Assembly: GCA_026023565.1 (NCBI GenBank)
Contig: JAPETS010000005.1
Span: forward strand, 248,001-312,000
Origin: Cirrosporium novae-zelandiae
Taxonomy: Eukaryota
DNA length: 64,000 bases
Direction: 5' to 3'
Made by a program: the position numbers and the translations under genes. Below are positions 24,916 through 37,692 of the stretch, piece by piece. Numbering within the stretch: position 1 is the first letter of the stretch; each line of letters opens with the position of its first letter. The notes beneath the pieces were generated by a model. That model saw only the letters and a list, made by a program, of their open reading frames with translations, did not search any database and was not told where the DNA came from.

Positions 24916-26774
24916 TTATACCTGAGCTGATATTCCTCTCTTCGGTAGCTTAACCCAATGTTTCTTCTCTCCTAGTCCTTCTAGTCCCGTCATCCACCCA
25001 TTCTCAACAATACCCCTAGTCGTATCATATGCACTCCTTATACAATCATTTAGCCCCACCCCTTTATAACTTGCGCCAGCTACACTGATTCTCCCCTTCC
25101 CTTCTACTTGCAGAGTTTCCCTAAGCTTTTTCATATTCTTCTCGTGGCCAACCTCGTACTGTGGGATGCAGTTTCGATGCAATCTCGCCTCAGCGAGGAG
25201 GGGTTGCTCAGTGATGCCTAGGTGACGAGCAAGGATCGTCATTGCCATCTCGACGCCCTCATTTTCGGAGGGGAACGATGTCCAACCGGACCAGTAGTGG
25301 CCGCCTAGCATAACGGTAATTTTGGTTCCTGGTTTGGAGTCATGCTGGGGAGCGACATTAGAATCCCAAATAACGCCCAATGCGCGCTCGGGATTCAGAT
25401 CGAAAGGCACGGATTGGGGTATTAGATAGCCAAATCCAGGTTTAAGATGAGGTGTTGGGTAATAGAGGTTTACAGTCATCACGTGAACAGAGGAGGGAAC
25501 GGTAATGCCATATTCAAAGACAGGTTTTGGGAGGGGTGAGACATCAGAAGGAGATGTAGTTACAACGACATGGGAGAAAACTTCGGTGGTGATCCTGGGT
25601 TTGGGGTTATTAGTTTGAGATGACATGAGCTGATAGAAAGAGGGGAATTAGTTAAGGTGACATGTAAATTTGGGGTTGGGAAAACAGCTTATTATATACC
25701 TTGACGGATTCACCTTTTGTATCCACCTTTAAGCCTTCAACCTTCGTCTGCGTTCTTATATTCACTCCTTCAGCTAGCAAGGCCTTCTTCAATCCGATAA
25801 CGAGCTGTTCCATCCCATGATTGAATGTATATACCATCGTTTGGTTCATATTAGTAAGGTTTGCATGATAGCCTCCGGCCATCCTAGTCTCGTTATTGAG
25901 AATTGACAAGAGCTTTTGATCCTCCATGAGTATCATTCCAGGTTTCCAGCCAAAAGTTACATTAACATGGTATTCGGCAAGTGACCCAACAGTGTCCTCT
26001 GCCTCCCAGTACAACGGTAGTAAACTCCTAGCACTGAGTTTCCAAATATCGCCCGCATATATACCATGAATCATCGCTGACATTAGATTATTTACCAGTA
26101 GGTCACTTCCAAGTCTCCGGGAGAAAAAATCACCAATTGATTCATCATCGAGGCTTTGGGGGCGTTTCGGAGTATTTAGCTCATGATAAAGGCCTGATAG
26201 TAGGCCACTGTACAAGGGTTCTGTAAATAGCCTCCAACAACGAAGGAACACATTCGTCCAGCGATCTGGCAATGCTACCAAATGATCTGGATAATAAAGG
26301 TAGCGCCGTCCAGAGTTGATGTTGCTCTTGTTAACTTTGATGACTTGATCTGCGATACCTAATTCTTCAATCTTACCACAGAAGGTCAGTGCTAGTAATG
26401 GAAAAGTCTCCAGAAGCAAATCTCACCAAGTTCAATGTCAATCTACCATTAACACTGTATGGCCGGAGTGTCCTAGGGCCCCTCTCGAATAAGACATGTC
26501 TATCCTTGAGGTTGACTACATCAGATCTAATCCAGCCTCCCAGCCTGGTCCCACTCTCGAAAAGTGTTATACTCGCACTGGGTAAATCTCTGGCTAGGTA
26601 ATGAGCAGTAGCCAATCCAGTTATCCCGCCTCCAACAACAGCAATCCTCTGGTTTTGCCTAGCGACTGTAGTGGTCGAGAAGAGGCGGCGTCTGGAGATA
26701 CAACGGTGAACCGGTTGAATAGAGTATTGTTCTAGGACGGACCCGAGAACATTCTCCGTTGGTTGTAAACGCAT
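24916..26774 (-). CDS. HEM14: Protoporphyrinogen oxidase
   Basis: Exons 26774-26427, 26371-25700 and 25629-24916. Mitochondrial presequence, FAD motif VVGGGITGL, RLGGWI, FERGPRTLR, GIYAGD, GFGYLIP, CIPQYEVGH and GVGLNDCI. Confidence 0.94.
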
Positions 26775-27252
26775 GGCAACTGTCCACAAAAGAACAGTGG
26801 ACTATAAATCTGCTGCATGCCACGAATGGTTTAGGTTCTAATTGGACAGACCTCCATAAATGCCCTTCAAGTTTGTTTTCGTTTCGTATGGAGGGGCCTT
26901 GCGTTTTTGGGTGTAGCTTAAGCGAGTACTTACTTGTAATTTACATCCTCTAGACTCGTCGTGACTAGTCTGGTCACCATAGCGTGTTTCTACTACTGAG
27001 TAAGTATCACTCTACATAATACACTATGGCGTAAAGTACATGTACATTACTGTGTATCAAAGTGTATGAATGTCTACTACTGTGATATAGAGCAGTATAC
27101 ACTGTAATTGGAAATAATGTCAATTCATTGCAAGATTCAGTCATCAATCCTAATTAAACTCATAGTGGGAATCTTAAAATAATCATACTACCTAGCCGTC
27201 CTAAAGAATCATGATAATTAAACATATGAAAGAGTTTGAAGCGTCACTATAA

Positions 27253-29409
27253 TTAGTATATTGGCCGCCCTTCATCCCAGTGTAATCTCTCCATCTTCGA
27301 TTCATCAGTAATAGGGTTGTTCCTGCTCATAATAGGTCCCATACTAGGTCTTCCACCCTCTCGTCGACTAGACACCATAGAATCCTCAATCTCCTGAGTA
27401 CTACCGATCCATTCCCAAGCCCTGCCCCATTCGCCCCCCTTTCCCTCCCGGGAGTTTGCTCTCACGTTTGTATTCATCTCCACGATAGCTTTCACCTTTT
27501 TCCACATTTCCTCTCTTCGACGGGGTGAAAATTCATCCCGAAGAATATCATCCCGGAGTTGACCAACGCTTATCCAACCTTCTTGTGTAGTCCCTTGAAC
27601 ATGTAAAGCAGCTTGTGTCATTAATCGACCGAGAGTAGTCCTCACTAAAGTCGGAACCCTTGCATTATCGTTTCGACGTGTTTTATAGAGATTTCTTAAA
27701 TATGCAATAAACAAAAGCAGAAGAGTTAGACCCCCAAGCTCGATTCGATGTCTTGCCAACGCGAGGCGGATGGATCTTCTAATGGCACAAGAGACGGGGA
27801 TTCGTGCGAGGGAGGTGGAGCTGAGGATCTGCCGCCCTTGTCTGTGGTGGTAACGAGGAATCTGTTAGTCGTAACCCGGTCAGAAATGCATGTATGGATT
27901 ATTTAGAGTAATATCTTACCCGTCAGAACTAGTCACAACCTCATCTTTCGCTACAATTTCCCCAATTGCACCTTTCCAGAGTTCATTGAAGTCGTCATCG
28001 GTCATACCTTTGCGACGTTTCCTCGACATTTCATTCTTTAGGTCATCTTCGACAATTTCCACGGCAGGTGCCGGCTTCCCAGACTTGTCAGCTAGTGTAC
28101 CACACTCCCAGGATGCTCTTCGTTCCCTTAGAGCTTCGACGGCTCGATCTGCAACAGCTTTAACTCGACGTGCCTTCTCCCCATCGGGTTCACACGTAGG
28201 TGGTAAAGGTACGATTCCCCCTAATGACAAAGGATGCTGCAGTAGAACGAAGTCAGGTTCACATCTCGTCTCAAAGTTCGGAAAGCAATAGGCATGTGGA
28301 GGACACGGGTCGCATTCGGGCTGGATTATTGAAGCCCACTCCGGGATTTGGGGATTTGTTACAGTCCATGAAGATTTGCCCACACCACAGTATCCAACTT
28401 CAATTTTCTCATGTCTCCACCATGTCCCAACAGCTGTAAGCACCGACAAAATAAGGGCCCATGGAGCAGATTTTGTCGCGATGCTGCGTTCTTTGGGCCT
28501 CCGTTTCTTTTGCTTGACAATAGATCGCTGTCCTGTTCTAGCTTCTTCCCTATCTAGTTCCACTTGTTCCTCGGGAGTAAACTCCTCCCCAGGCTCTAGG
28601 CTTTGGCCAACCGGTTCAACTTTAGGTTTTCTAACGGTAGCGATTGGAACTTCGAAGGTGCTGGAGGTTGGTACAACTACACCATCCTCCTGCTTAATAT
28701 AGTCATCTGTAGATGATTCGCCTCTTGTATGGTGTGGCCGGGAGCTTTTTCTTCTATCTGTCTTATTCAACGTAGTGCCCTTACTGCGGCGTCTATGTTC
28801 GCCGCCTAAACTTCCTCGAGAGACTCCATAAACTGGCGAGCCACCACTTTGAAATGGATTGTCATCACTAAAGACGCTTTCATTCCCTGCTTCTTGTTTC
28901 CCTGGGAGCACAGGTTCCGGGCTGACAGGTTCGATTTCACTGAGCCGAGTCCTTCGGCGGGCAGGCTGTCGCATGGCTGTATCTGCACCATTTTCAGTAT
29001 CTGATGCTCGAGCATGTTTGCTTGCGCTTCTACGAGATCTCGACTTCCTCGTAGATGAAGTTTCAGTATCTGCGGTGGTTCCCCTTGTTCCCCGCCTTGA
29101 CGTTCTGCGTGGTGTCTTAGTTGAAGGTGGGAGCATTTGGTGTGTTTCCTCATCATCACTAGGAACGGTACCCTCTTGAGAAGGCATATCTGTTATTCCC
29201 ATGCTAGTTCGCTTGACCCTAGCTCTAGCTGCAAGAAGCTTTTTTCTTTGAGGTCGTACATTCTCTTCTACCAGTTCGATGAGCTTAGCTTTTTTCGCTG
29301 ATGAGGGATATGAGATATTATAGGAAACTAGGATTGACCGGAGGCGAGGAACGGTAAATGAGGACAGATCAAAATCTGGCTCAAGGAAGGCCAGTTCATC
29401 ATCTGACAT
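27253..29409 (-). CDS. SRC1: Inner nuclear membrane LEM/HEH protein Src1/Man1
   Basis: Exons 29409-27920 and 27841-27253. HEH domain (FDLSSFTVPRLRSIL..KKAKLIEL), transmembrane helix, Cys-rich CDPCPPHAYC and an MSC C-terminus ending WEWIG. Confidence 0.92.
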
Positions 29410-29923
29410 TTTTATCGTCTAGCGTGTATTCTCAGCAGGACCAACAATGCTTTTGAAGTTCGTTAACAAAATGTTTGTTAATTGATGATGGATGCTTCCG
29501 ATGGAAGAAGGATGTCAATAATAAGCTGGCACGACTGGGTTAGGTGGTGCGCTAAACAACTAAACAATGAAACGACGTAAACATCGAAAGTTAAAGACCT
29601 AGGTGATAGGATCACGTGAGATAGAACAACACCACTCTGAAATTGAGACCGAGGCACCGATGTGCAAATACAGCCATGTGACAGCATACTTAAGTACAAA
29701 CCTTCAAGTTACGACAGATATATCTATACAACAGTACAGGGGGAAAAGTTAGATGGATAGGTAAGTTAATTATCTTCAGTCACTGAATCCCTATCCATTT
29801 CCAATTGTGTCAACTTATATGATCATATCTTTGAACTTATATCCCAATTTCATGGATAGCAGTTCTTCTAATTAGCAGGAATATCATCATGATCCTGTTA
29901 GTGTTAAATGACTTAAGCTTTTC

Positions 29924-30768
29924 CTACCACCATATCCCTCCCTCCTCTGGACCCTTGCCCTCATGACATCCGCAGAGACAGGCCTTGAGGCTCAATACCA
30001 TATGTAGGGTGGATTCATGACTGATGCCATATGATTGGCGAGTCAGTGCATCTTCTTGAAGTAGCCTACCGTTATGAACGAGGCGGATTTGTTTTTTTGG
30101 AGTCCCCTCGATTTCTTAATTCTCCTCTTCAATTTAAGGACAGTATCAGATAGCGACATGTTGTTGAAGGTCCTAGTTGTATTGCAGACTTGAAATACTA
30201 ATTATCAGCATGCTTCTAACATAAAAACTAATGATATGGGAATGCACTTACGAGTCTTGACAAAAATGGTTGATTCCCCCTGATCAAATACATCATTGCC
30301 CATGGTATCATCTGAGGAGGTTTCCTCAGATTCAGACGATGGATCGACCAGACCAGCGTGAGTCACATCCTGATAGATGTTTTTGACTTTTCGCTCTAAG
30401 ATCCCCTCGTATTCACTCATATCCATATCGCCAGAATACATTCCATCCTCAGAGTCAAGTTTCAAGTCATCCTTATATAATTGGGATATAAGTTTATTTC
30501 CCTAAACGTCAACCATAGTAACCACCACATCAGGCTTAACATCAGAGACGGAGCTGGTTGTATTTTTGGGTTTGGCCTTAACAGCTTTTTCTTCATATCG
30601 TTTTTTGCGTTGTTTTTTGTTGATTTTCGTGGTCTTACGGCTCATGGGCTCGGTTTCAGATTCAGAGGAGGAGATTTCAGAATTCCCATTCACCTGAGCA
30701 CGGAGAATTTTTCCTTCCCAGCGGGCACGAGCACGCTTACCGGTAGGGGTTTGAGCGAATGGTGGCAT
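29924..30768 (-). pseudogene. Disrupted gene with a C-terminal ubiquitin-like domain
   Basis: Splicing intron 30251-30198 gives TIFVKTL...SDTVLKLKRRIK, a 1-nt frameshift near 30113, then IEGTPKKQIRLVHNGRLLQED...YGISHESTLHMVLSL. In-frame TAG at 30504-30502. Confidence 0.72.
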
Positions 30769-33007
30769 TGCTAGAAGCGTGTGGAGGCTTGGTGGAGTTC
30801 GAACGCAGGAAATGAGGAATAATGAATCACTTGTGAGAGGAATTGGATAAAAGTAATATGTGTATGATGGGCAGTGTATGTGTGAAGGGAAAATATGCAC
30901 CCTTCAAATAAGGTTATGCTGTGGTAAACGTTTTAGTAAACGCATAGATTTTCTAATATACTGTGTATTGCTACAGCGAAGGACTTAGGCCTAACATCTC
31001 CTAGCAGAACTATATAGCCCTACTGACATCAATATAGAATGAACTGAATAGAATTAATTATTACCTGGCAACATTCCGTTGATAAAAGCATCGCTTCATT
31101 AAGGTTGTCACTCTATCAAATGTCTCAGACAGCGCCTTGTACATGATTTCCAGGCTACCTGCCTTCTCGTTGATATTTCCCATACATCATTCTACTTGAT
31201 GGTTTCCTAAATAAAGGTACTTCATGGTGCATGTGCTTGGATAGAGTAAATATTTTTATATTGAGGTATTTAGAATATATTGTAGTATAATAACGTACGC
31301 AGAGTATCCTCTCCTAGGAGCTAAGGGAAATTAGGCAAAGTAGATGTCTCATTGACAGATACTACAGGGCATTCTATTTTTTGTATCAAAAATTCTATGA
31401 CTTACCTGCATACCAGTCGCTGGTTTCTTCTTGAACGATACTGCCTAGGAGTTTTATCCTTAAAATACCATTTCCAGATTGATGCTATCAGACAAGTTGC
31501 CCATATATTCCGTACAATAGGCATTCATAGTATAAGCACCGTGTCTCCTTCCCTAAAGCCATAACCTATCACTCGAAAGTAGGTTTCCAGGATTATATAT
31601 CTCAAAAGGAAATTTATTCCACTACCATTGCTGGGGAAGATTGAGTTCGTGTGGTTGTGGTAATAAAAAAGAGGAGATTAACAGCAGTGGATATAGAGGG
31701 TCATTTCCCACAACGTAATAAGGTGTGATGTAATATGAATTCTTGAATAAAAACTATTAGATATGATACTGCCGTTGGATTAATACAAGGAACATTATGA
31801 TTGTGGCAGTGCCAATAGTACCATATATGTTATATCTTTATAGTATCAAACAGTGTTAGCATTTCCTTATACTAAAGGGTCTAGAGATAGATTGTGAGCG
31901 TTCTGTCTTAAATGTGAAGATACAGTGCAAAACTGGACATCTGCTTAGACTACCTCCGGTTCTTTGATCCTCCTTGTACTGTACAATTGCGATGCTTAGA
32001 ATTCTGCTCCATTCTAAGCTCGGCCGATCTAATTCTATCAAGCTCCTTCTCAGAAGGATGAAGGGGAGTTGTCTAACCTGGGTTCAAACTAACCGATATC
32101 TTTCTCCGATGCTATTTTGACTGAAGGGCTCTCGATGATCTTATTTTTCTTTTTGTGAGCAATTAAAAAGAGATTGAAATCACTCTTGAGTTATTCTAAT
32201 TATTATTTTCCAACCTGCTATCTCATGACTTCTGAAATTGTCACACAAGCTTTAGGCAGTCTCTTTTTTGGATGCTATTATAGTTCTAACAGGGGCGATG
32301 AATATAGCAGAGGCTGCATGAAGCTAAACAAAAACAAAAGTTCATAGGAGTGGAATGATGATGTGTAAAGGTGAAGAACGCTGTGAGGCGTAATATCAAG
32401 GCAATTGACATTTACAGTAATTGGCGAGCTCTCCAATCAAGAGGAAGGATTGAGTGTAAATAATTCTTCTGCCTGGTGAGTTCAAAAAATAGCATTGGGT
32501 TTCGGTACTATGGATCCGCACTTACCGTTGGTCCCGCCAACGCCAAGGTCTTGGAGCCACGCGGCGGGGTGCATTCCCGGAGCGGGAAGGCAGCTAAGCC
32601 AACTAATACGACTAAGCGAGCTTTGATCCAATGACAAGCTACGCTATGAACCCCAAAACTTGGGTTGTCCCTCTACCCAGTATCCCCCACTTTCCTCCAG
32701 TGGCTGTGCCTGCAAGGAGAAATGTGACAAACTAAGCTTTGTAGAACCATCAAATGTAAAACTAGAATATTATCGTGCAAGGGCGAACTCTGCCTTGCTA
32801 TCTTCGTCACTAGACTGCCTTGTATACCTTCTTGATTTATTACGCGAGTATATCCCGTATTCGTTATTGAAAATTAGCTGAAGCCGCTCCTTCTTTTTCA
32901 TGCTGTGGTTAACTAATTATTATCAACTTGATTTTCTATCTCCTTGATTAGGTAGTTCCTTCCCAAACCGCCCAAAACATTTACAATCATCGCAATAAGT
33001 CGGAGGC

Positions 33008-34578
33008 ATGCTTGACGAGAATCTTCCCAGTGAGTAATCACTTATTTTAAGACAGTTAACTCTATAGAGGCTTTCACGGGGAATAAACCCTCAAGCTAAC
33101 AATCTGGAATCGCAGCCTTCTACCTTCAACCTCCAACCAATAAAAAACAGAATGAAACCATACAACTCTCCCAGTATGGAAACGAAGCATCGCCAGTCTA
33201 CTCACTCCGTCGTCTTGACCCTAACACCACCAAGGGCAAGAATCAATACGCCATAGCTATATATGATTCCTACAATCCCAACGTCCTTTTTGCGGAGGTT
33301 CTCCTGGTCCCAGAATGGACCAAGTCTAGTCCAACGGCTGAGGAAATACGTCTCAATAATAACGTCCCACCACCCCCACAACCTATTCTCCCCACCTCGT
33401 TCACAATACAGTTATATAACCCAGACCAGCAAATCGTAGTGAGCCAGAGGAAGAGATCATGGAACACAAATCCTTCTTGGGGGTTTGAAATGCCCATGCA
33501 AACTTTTCGGCAGCCGTCGGTCTCAACGATAGACCGTACATTAGATGATCCAGCAGCGTCGGCCATAACACCTAAGCTCCGCTTCCGTTGGCGCAGAGAT
33601 GGAATTGCGAAGAAAGATCTTGTCTGCACTCTCTCCGGTCGGTCCACGAACCCAGATGGCAGTAAACAGAGGAATCGTGAACCAGACATAACAATAGCGC
33701 TCTTTCGCCACCTTAGGGAAATAACAGTATATGAACCTAATTTGTCTCGCGTGGAAATGGAAGACTTTAAGGGTCTAGAAATTGTGTTATTACTCGGGGC
33801 AGCAGTCATCAGAGATGTCTATTACACCCCCATTAAGGAGGCATTTAATATTGACAATGTCGTTCCATCACCAACTATCCTTCCATCCCTCCCCATCCGA
33901 AAGAACTCCTCCCCCATCACATCTCCAACACAAGGACGCTCACAATCTCTTTCCTCATCAACCCCTAACCCAGATCCTCTAGGTGACTGGGCTAAAGCCC
34001 GCGCGGAAGCTGCCTCCCAACAAAGAATCGTCAAGATTTTAGCGGATGAGGAAAGTGAAAGGCAAAGGCGGCAAGCGGAAATTGATAAGGAAACCGAGCG
34101 TTTAAGGAAAGCTTATGGGGAGGAAGAAAGGAGAGCTAGGACAAGTATTGGACATCGTACACCGACTCTACAGATGCCTGGGCGGCCGCATAGTGTGGCT
34201 GCGCCATTGCAGACGCTACATGAAAATAGTGATATGGGCGATGGAGGCTGGTGGAATACATCGCAGAGGCCTGGGCATGGGGCAGCTCATCTAGCGCCTC
34301 CGGCAACTGGACCGTATCTTCAACCACCTACGACCAATTCATCCTCATTCTTTGGTCGCAGTAATCACTCTAATGCCAATGGACCATATTTACAACCGGA
34401 TGCGGGCTCAGTGTCCACATTTTTCGGTAACAGTTCCAGTGCTAATCTTGCTCCTGGCCCCCGTATGAAACAGAAAAGGAGTTTCTTCGGGCTGAGGAGT
34501 CGAGGGATGAGTGAAGATAGTAGCAGTGGCAGTGGTAGTGGTTCGAGGCTAAGCAAGAAACGAAGTTCAATGTTTTGA
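33008..34578 (+). CDS. Conserved-looking fungal hypothetical protein
   Basis: Exons 33008-33029 (MLDENLP) and 33116-34578 in frame. Globular N-terminal domain (YEPNLSRVEMEDFKGLEIVLLLGA), a coiled coil and a low-complexity tail. Confidence 0.85.
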
Positions 34579-35970
34579 ATTAACTACAGTGTTGTACCGA
34601 CACGAAATGAGCATATGAGCATTGTTAAGGTCGTCAAGGCGTTTATTATATTTTAGGTTTCGGGTTTGAATAGGATGGGCTCTTGGGCGCGGTATAGTGT
34701 TGTTATGGATATCAATAAGGCTGCCATTTTTTTTATATCAGAATGGCAGGACTATGATGATTATAGGACATGCCAATAAAATATTCAAATACCTTTATTT
34801 TCTAACAGTATATCATCATCCTCTGGTTTCAAGTTAAAATTTCTTTGGCTTAGGTAGTTTTGTTCCATGGTAAGATTCTCCATTGTTTCGAAAACTGATG
34901 GTCTCCAAACAAGTTCATAGAGCTAGGATTTATAAACCCCAAGTTGAGTTGATAGCGGTTGAAAATAGGTTTTTTTAGTGTGCCGAATTTGAAGGTTGTA
35001 TGGTATGAGCATAATTGACATATAAGTTGAGGAATAGCCTTCCATCTTATAAAATAGAAGATCGATGGACAGCCATGGGACGAGATCATCCTGCCAATAT
35101 ATAGTGGATAGTGATACTGACTATCTGGACTATTGACATTTGATACTGAGTTATGACAGTGAAAATGCCAAGACACTTTGCCTTGTTATGGATCTTCAAT
35201 AATATAACATGTTTGGCTTTGTGTGTTGATGGGACAAGGGTATCTTTGGCAACCAAGTATCACTTTGTCACCTTGTTCTTGGCTTCTTCTAGGAGGTCTT
35301 CTGACTTTGACTTAGAGAAAGAATGGTCATGCTATTTGATAGGTTAACAACAACTTTGTATAGAATAGAGATGTGGAACCATGTTTGGATCCCGAAACAA
35401 ATCAAGGGACGCATGTGAAAGCACACTGCTGAAAAAAAGAGTTTCTGGACTGGAGTTGTTGAATCGGAATGCATGGAGTGTGTATTATATTACAGTATAT
35501 GTATCATCCTCGTTCGTAAACCATTCCTTTGCTTGCGTACGATAATTATACTTTATTAGTAAATTGCAAGTTTTAGCTGACCAATCCTGTTAGATTTAAA
35601 AGAAGAAAAAAAGGTTGCTTGGCACCTCGGATCCTAGCATTTCCGTGTCGGAGTGTCGGTATTTCATAGATGAGTTGTGCTGCTGTGGGAGTAAACTTGG
35701 AGTGCACTCCACAACAACAGCACAGCCCTATCATCCTTGGATTCCTTCCTTACTAAAGTAGGCCATCAATTACGTCAGTACTGACATAGGCCAATACACA
35801 ATGATCCTGGAAGCTCTCGGAATTTCATATACTTTCTGGCTTCCTGAATCCCAAAACATTTGTTTTCAGGAATGTAATGCATTCATATTTTACACATAAT
35901 TGACAGAAAAAAATACAATAACGACCTGTTAACATTTGATACGAGAGAGTACACGAAAACTATATTTAAG

Positions 35971-37226
35971 ATGGAACGCCCTCGGGTTACCTTCACTCAA
36001 GAAAGTCATGACAAGTCCGAAGACGCTGCTTCGCTTCCCACTCTAGACGGCCAGGGGTCTTCCCGTGATCGTCGTTCCTCAGATAAAGGACGACGGCGCT
36101 CGAAAGAAAGCAAAAGAGGGGCTGAAGAGGATGACGCGCCGGCATATTATGACAGTCGAGCCAGCACGCAGTTTGAATACCGTCGTCGAGCAACCACCCT
36201 TCGTGAATACTACGCTGCAAACCCAGACCTTCTCCCTCAGCTACCATTTACCTTACGCCATGGATGGAGGAGAACAAAAATCGGACTGATGGCATTAGCA
36301 ATTCTTTTTGATACCTGCATTGTTCCTATAATATTATATTATGCCATGACTGTGGCTTCGGGCGTGAAAGGATGGATCAGTAAGTATATTCCATTTGACG
36401 AAACCCACCCCTTCGTTGCTAACGTGTGGTCATTCTTATAGCATTCGCCGTCATGTCATCCCTATGGGGCGGCCTCACATATGTTGAATTCGCTGCCCGT
36501 TCTTTTCGATTAATCAAACCCGAACGCTTTTACCGTCCTATAGGTATTAAAGATAATCGATGGACATTCGACTCCACTCATTACGTATTCATAGTGGCAA
36601 TTACCGCTGTCACGGCACTCCTCATTGTAGGATCGGCTCCACATGATCCTTTTGTCCGTGTTTTGGCTATGCCAGGGCCAGCACTGCTGTATTGTTTTGC
36701 AATTCCCATTTTTCTGGAGACAATCTGGTATATGAAAGATTGGAAGGCGCCATTCCGCATTAGCTCAACAGGGAAAGGAGAGGCTGTCAGACCAGGGGTT
36801 TATTATATCATTGAAGACATTATTGCCGTGGATGGAAACGCTGGACGGCCGTTTCGGGAAGGAATTGATGCGCGGTATGAGGCTAGCCTAAGGTTTAGGT
36901 TGTTGATGCGAAACATATCTTTGTTCTGGTCAATCCCAGCATTGATCGTGGCAATTGTCTGCACAGCTCTAGTATGCGTGCATGAAGTTAAGAAGGAGGT
37001 TGCCTATGGACTCGGTATGGCCTATACTTTCTTCGTTCATCAAGATTTGAACAAAATTGCTAATATATTTTTCGTAGGATGGGGAATTCCTTTTGCTTTT
37101 GCAACAATTTGGGGACTGGCCACCACTCCAATAGTTCAGAGAGAATTGGATAAAGAGGAACGGGAGTGGGAAATAGAACACGGCAAGGATACTGCATCCG
37201 GTCCTAAGGAGGCTGCTATGGCTTGA
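35971..37226 (+). CDS. Multi-pass membrane protein, unknown function
   Basis: Exons 35971-36379, 36442-37014 and 37078-37226. Several hydrophobic helices and 'IIEDIIAVDGNAGRPFREGIDARYEAS'. Confidence 0.82.
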
Positions 37227-37692
37227 TGAACAAATTGATCGGTGATTATGTGAATGAGATTATTTTCTGTACAACCTTTGATTAAGGGAATGGGCCGTGT
37301 CAATATAGAATTAGAAAAATATTTAATCCTCTCTGCAAATAGTTAGACTTATAATTCAGATGTTCTCATTGGCCATCTTTGCTTTTGGAATAAAATTATC
37401 CATTGGACCAGGCAGATGAGGGTATAAAATATTTGCGTACCTAATTTCATTCTGACTTATTTAGTAGAAGATATTTTGATATCGCGAACTCGGAAGTACT
37501 AGAGACTTTATGTCACGGGTATCTAAGTCACGTGGCTTGACTTATGTAAGACGATGGTATGGAGTGAGAACAAATTTATTAATTAGTAAAGCTCCGAGGT
37601 CTGCGATTTGGGCGCGCGCAAACGCAACGCGAACATCTTCATTCAACCAAGTCCGACACGAGATACCAACTCACACTTGCAGCTTTTTCAAG

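Noticed and set aside
32350..32430. ATGATGA box C-like motif suggesting a C/D snoRNA
   Set aside because: No suitably placed CTGA box D, terminal stem or recognisable rRNA-antisense guide.
34800..35480. Short minus-strand protein-like frames
   Set aside because: Could be a relic, but no motif or consistent splice model was found.
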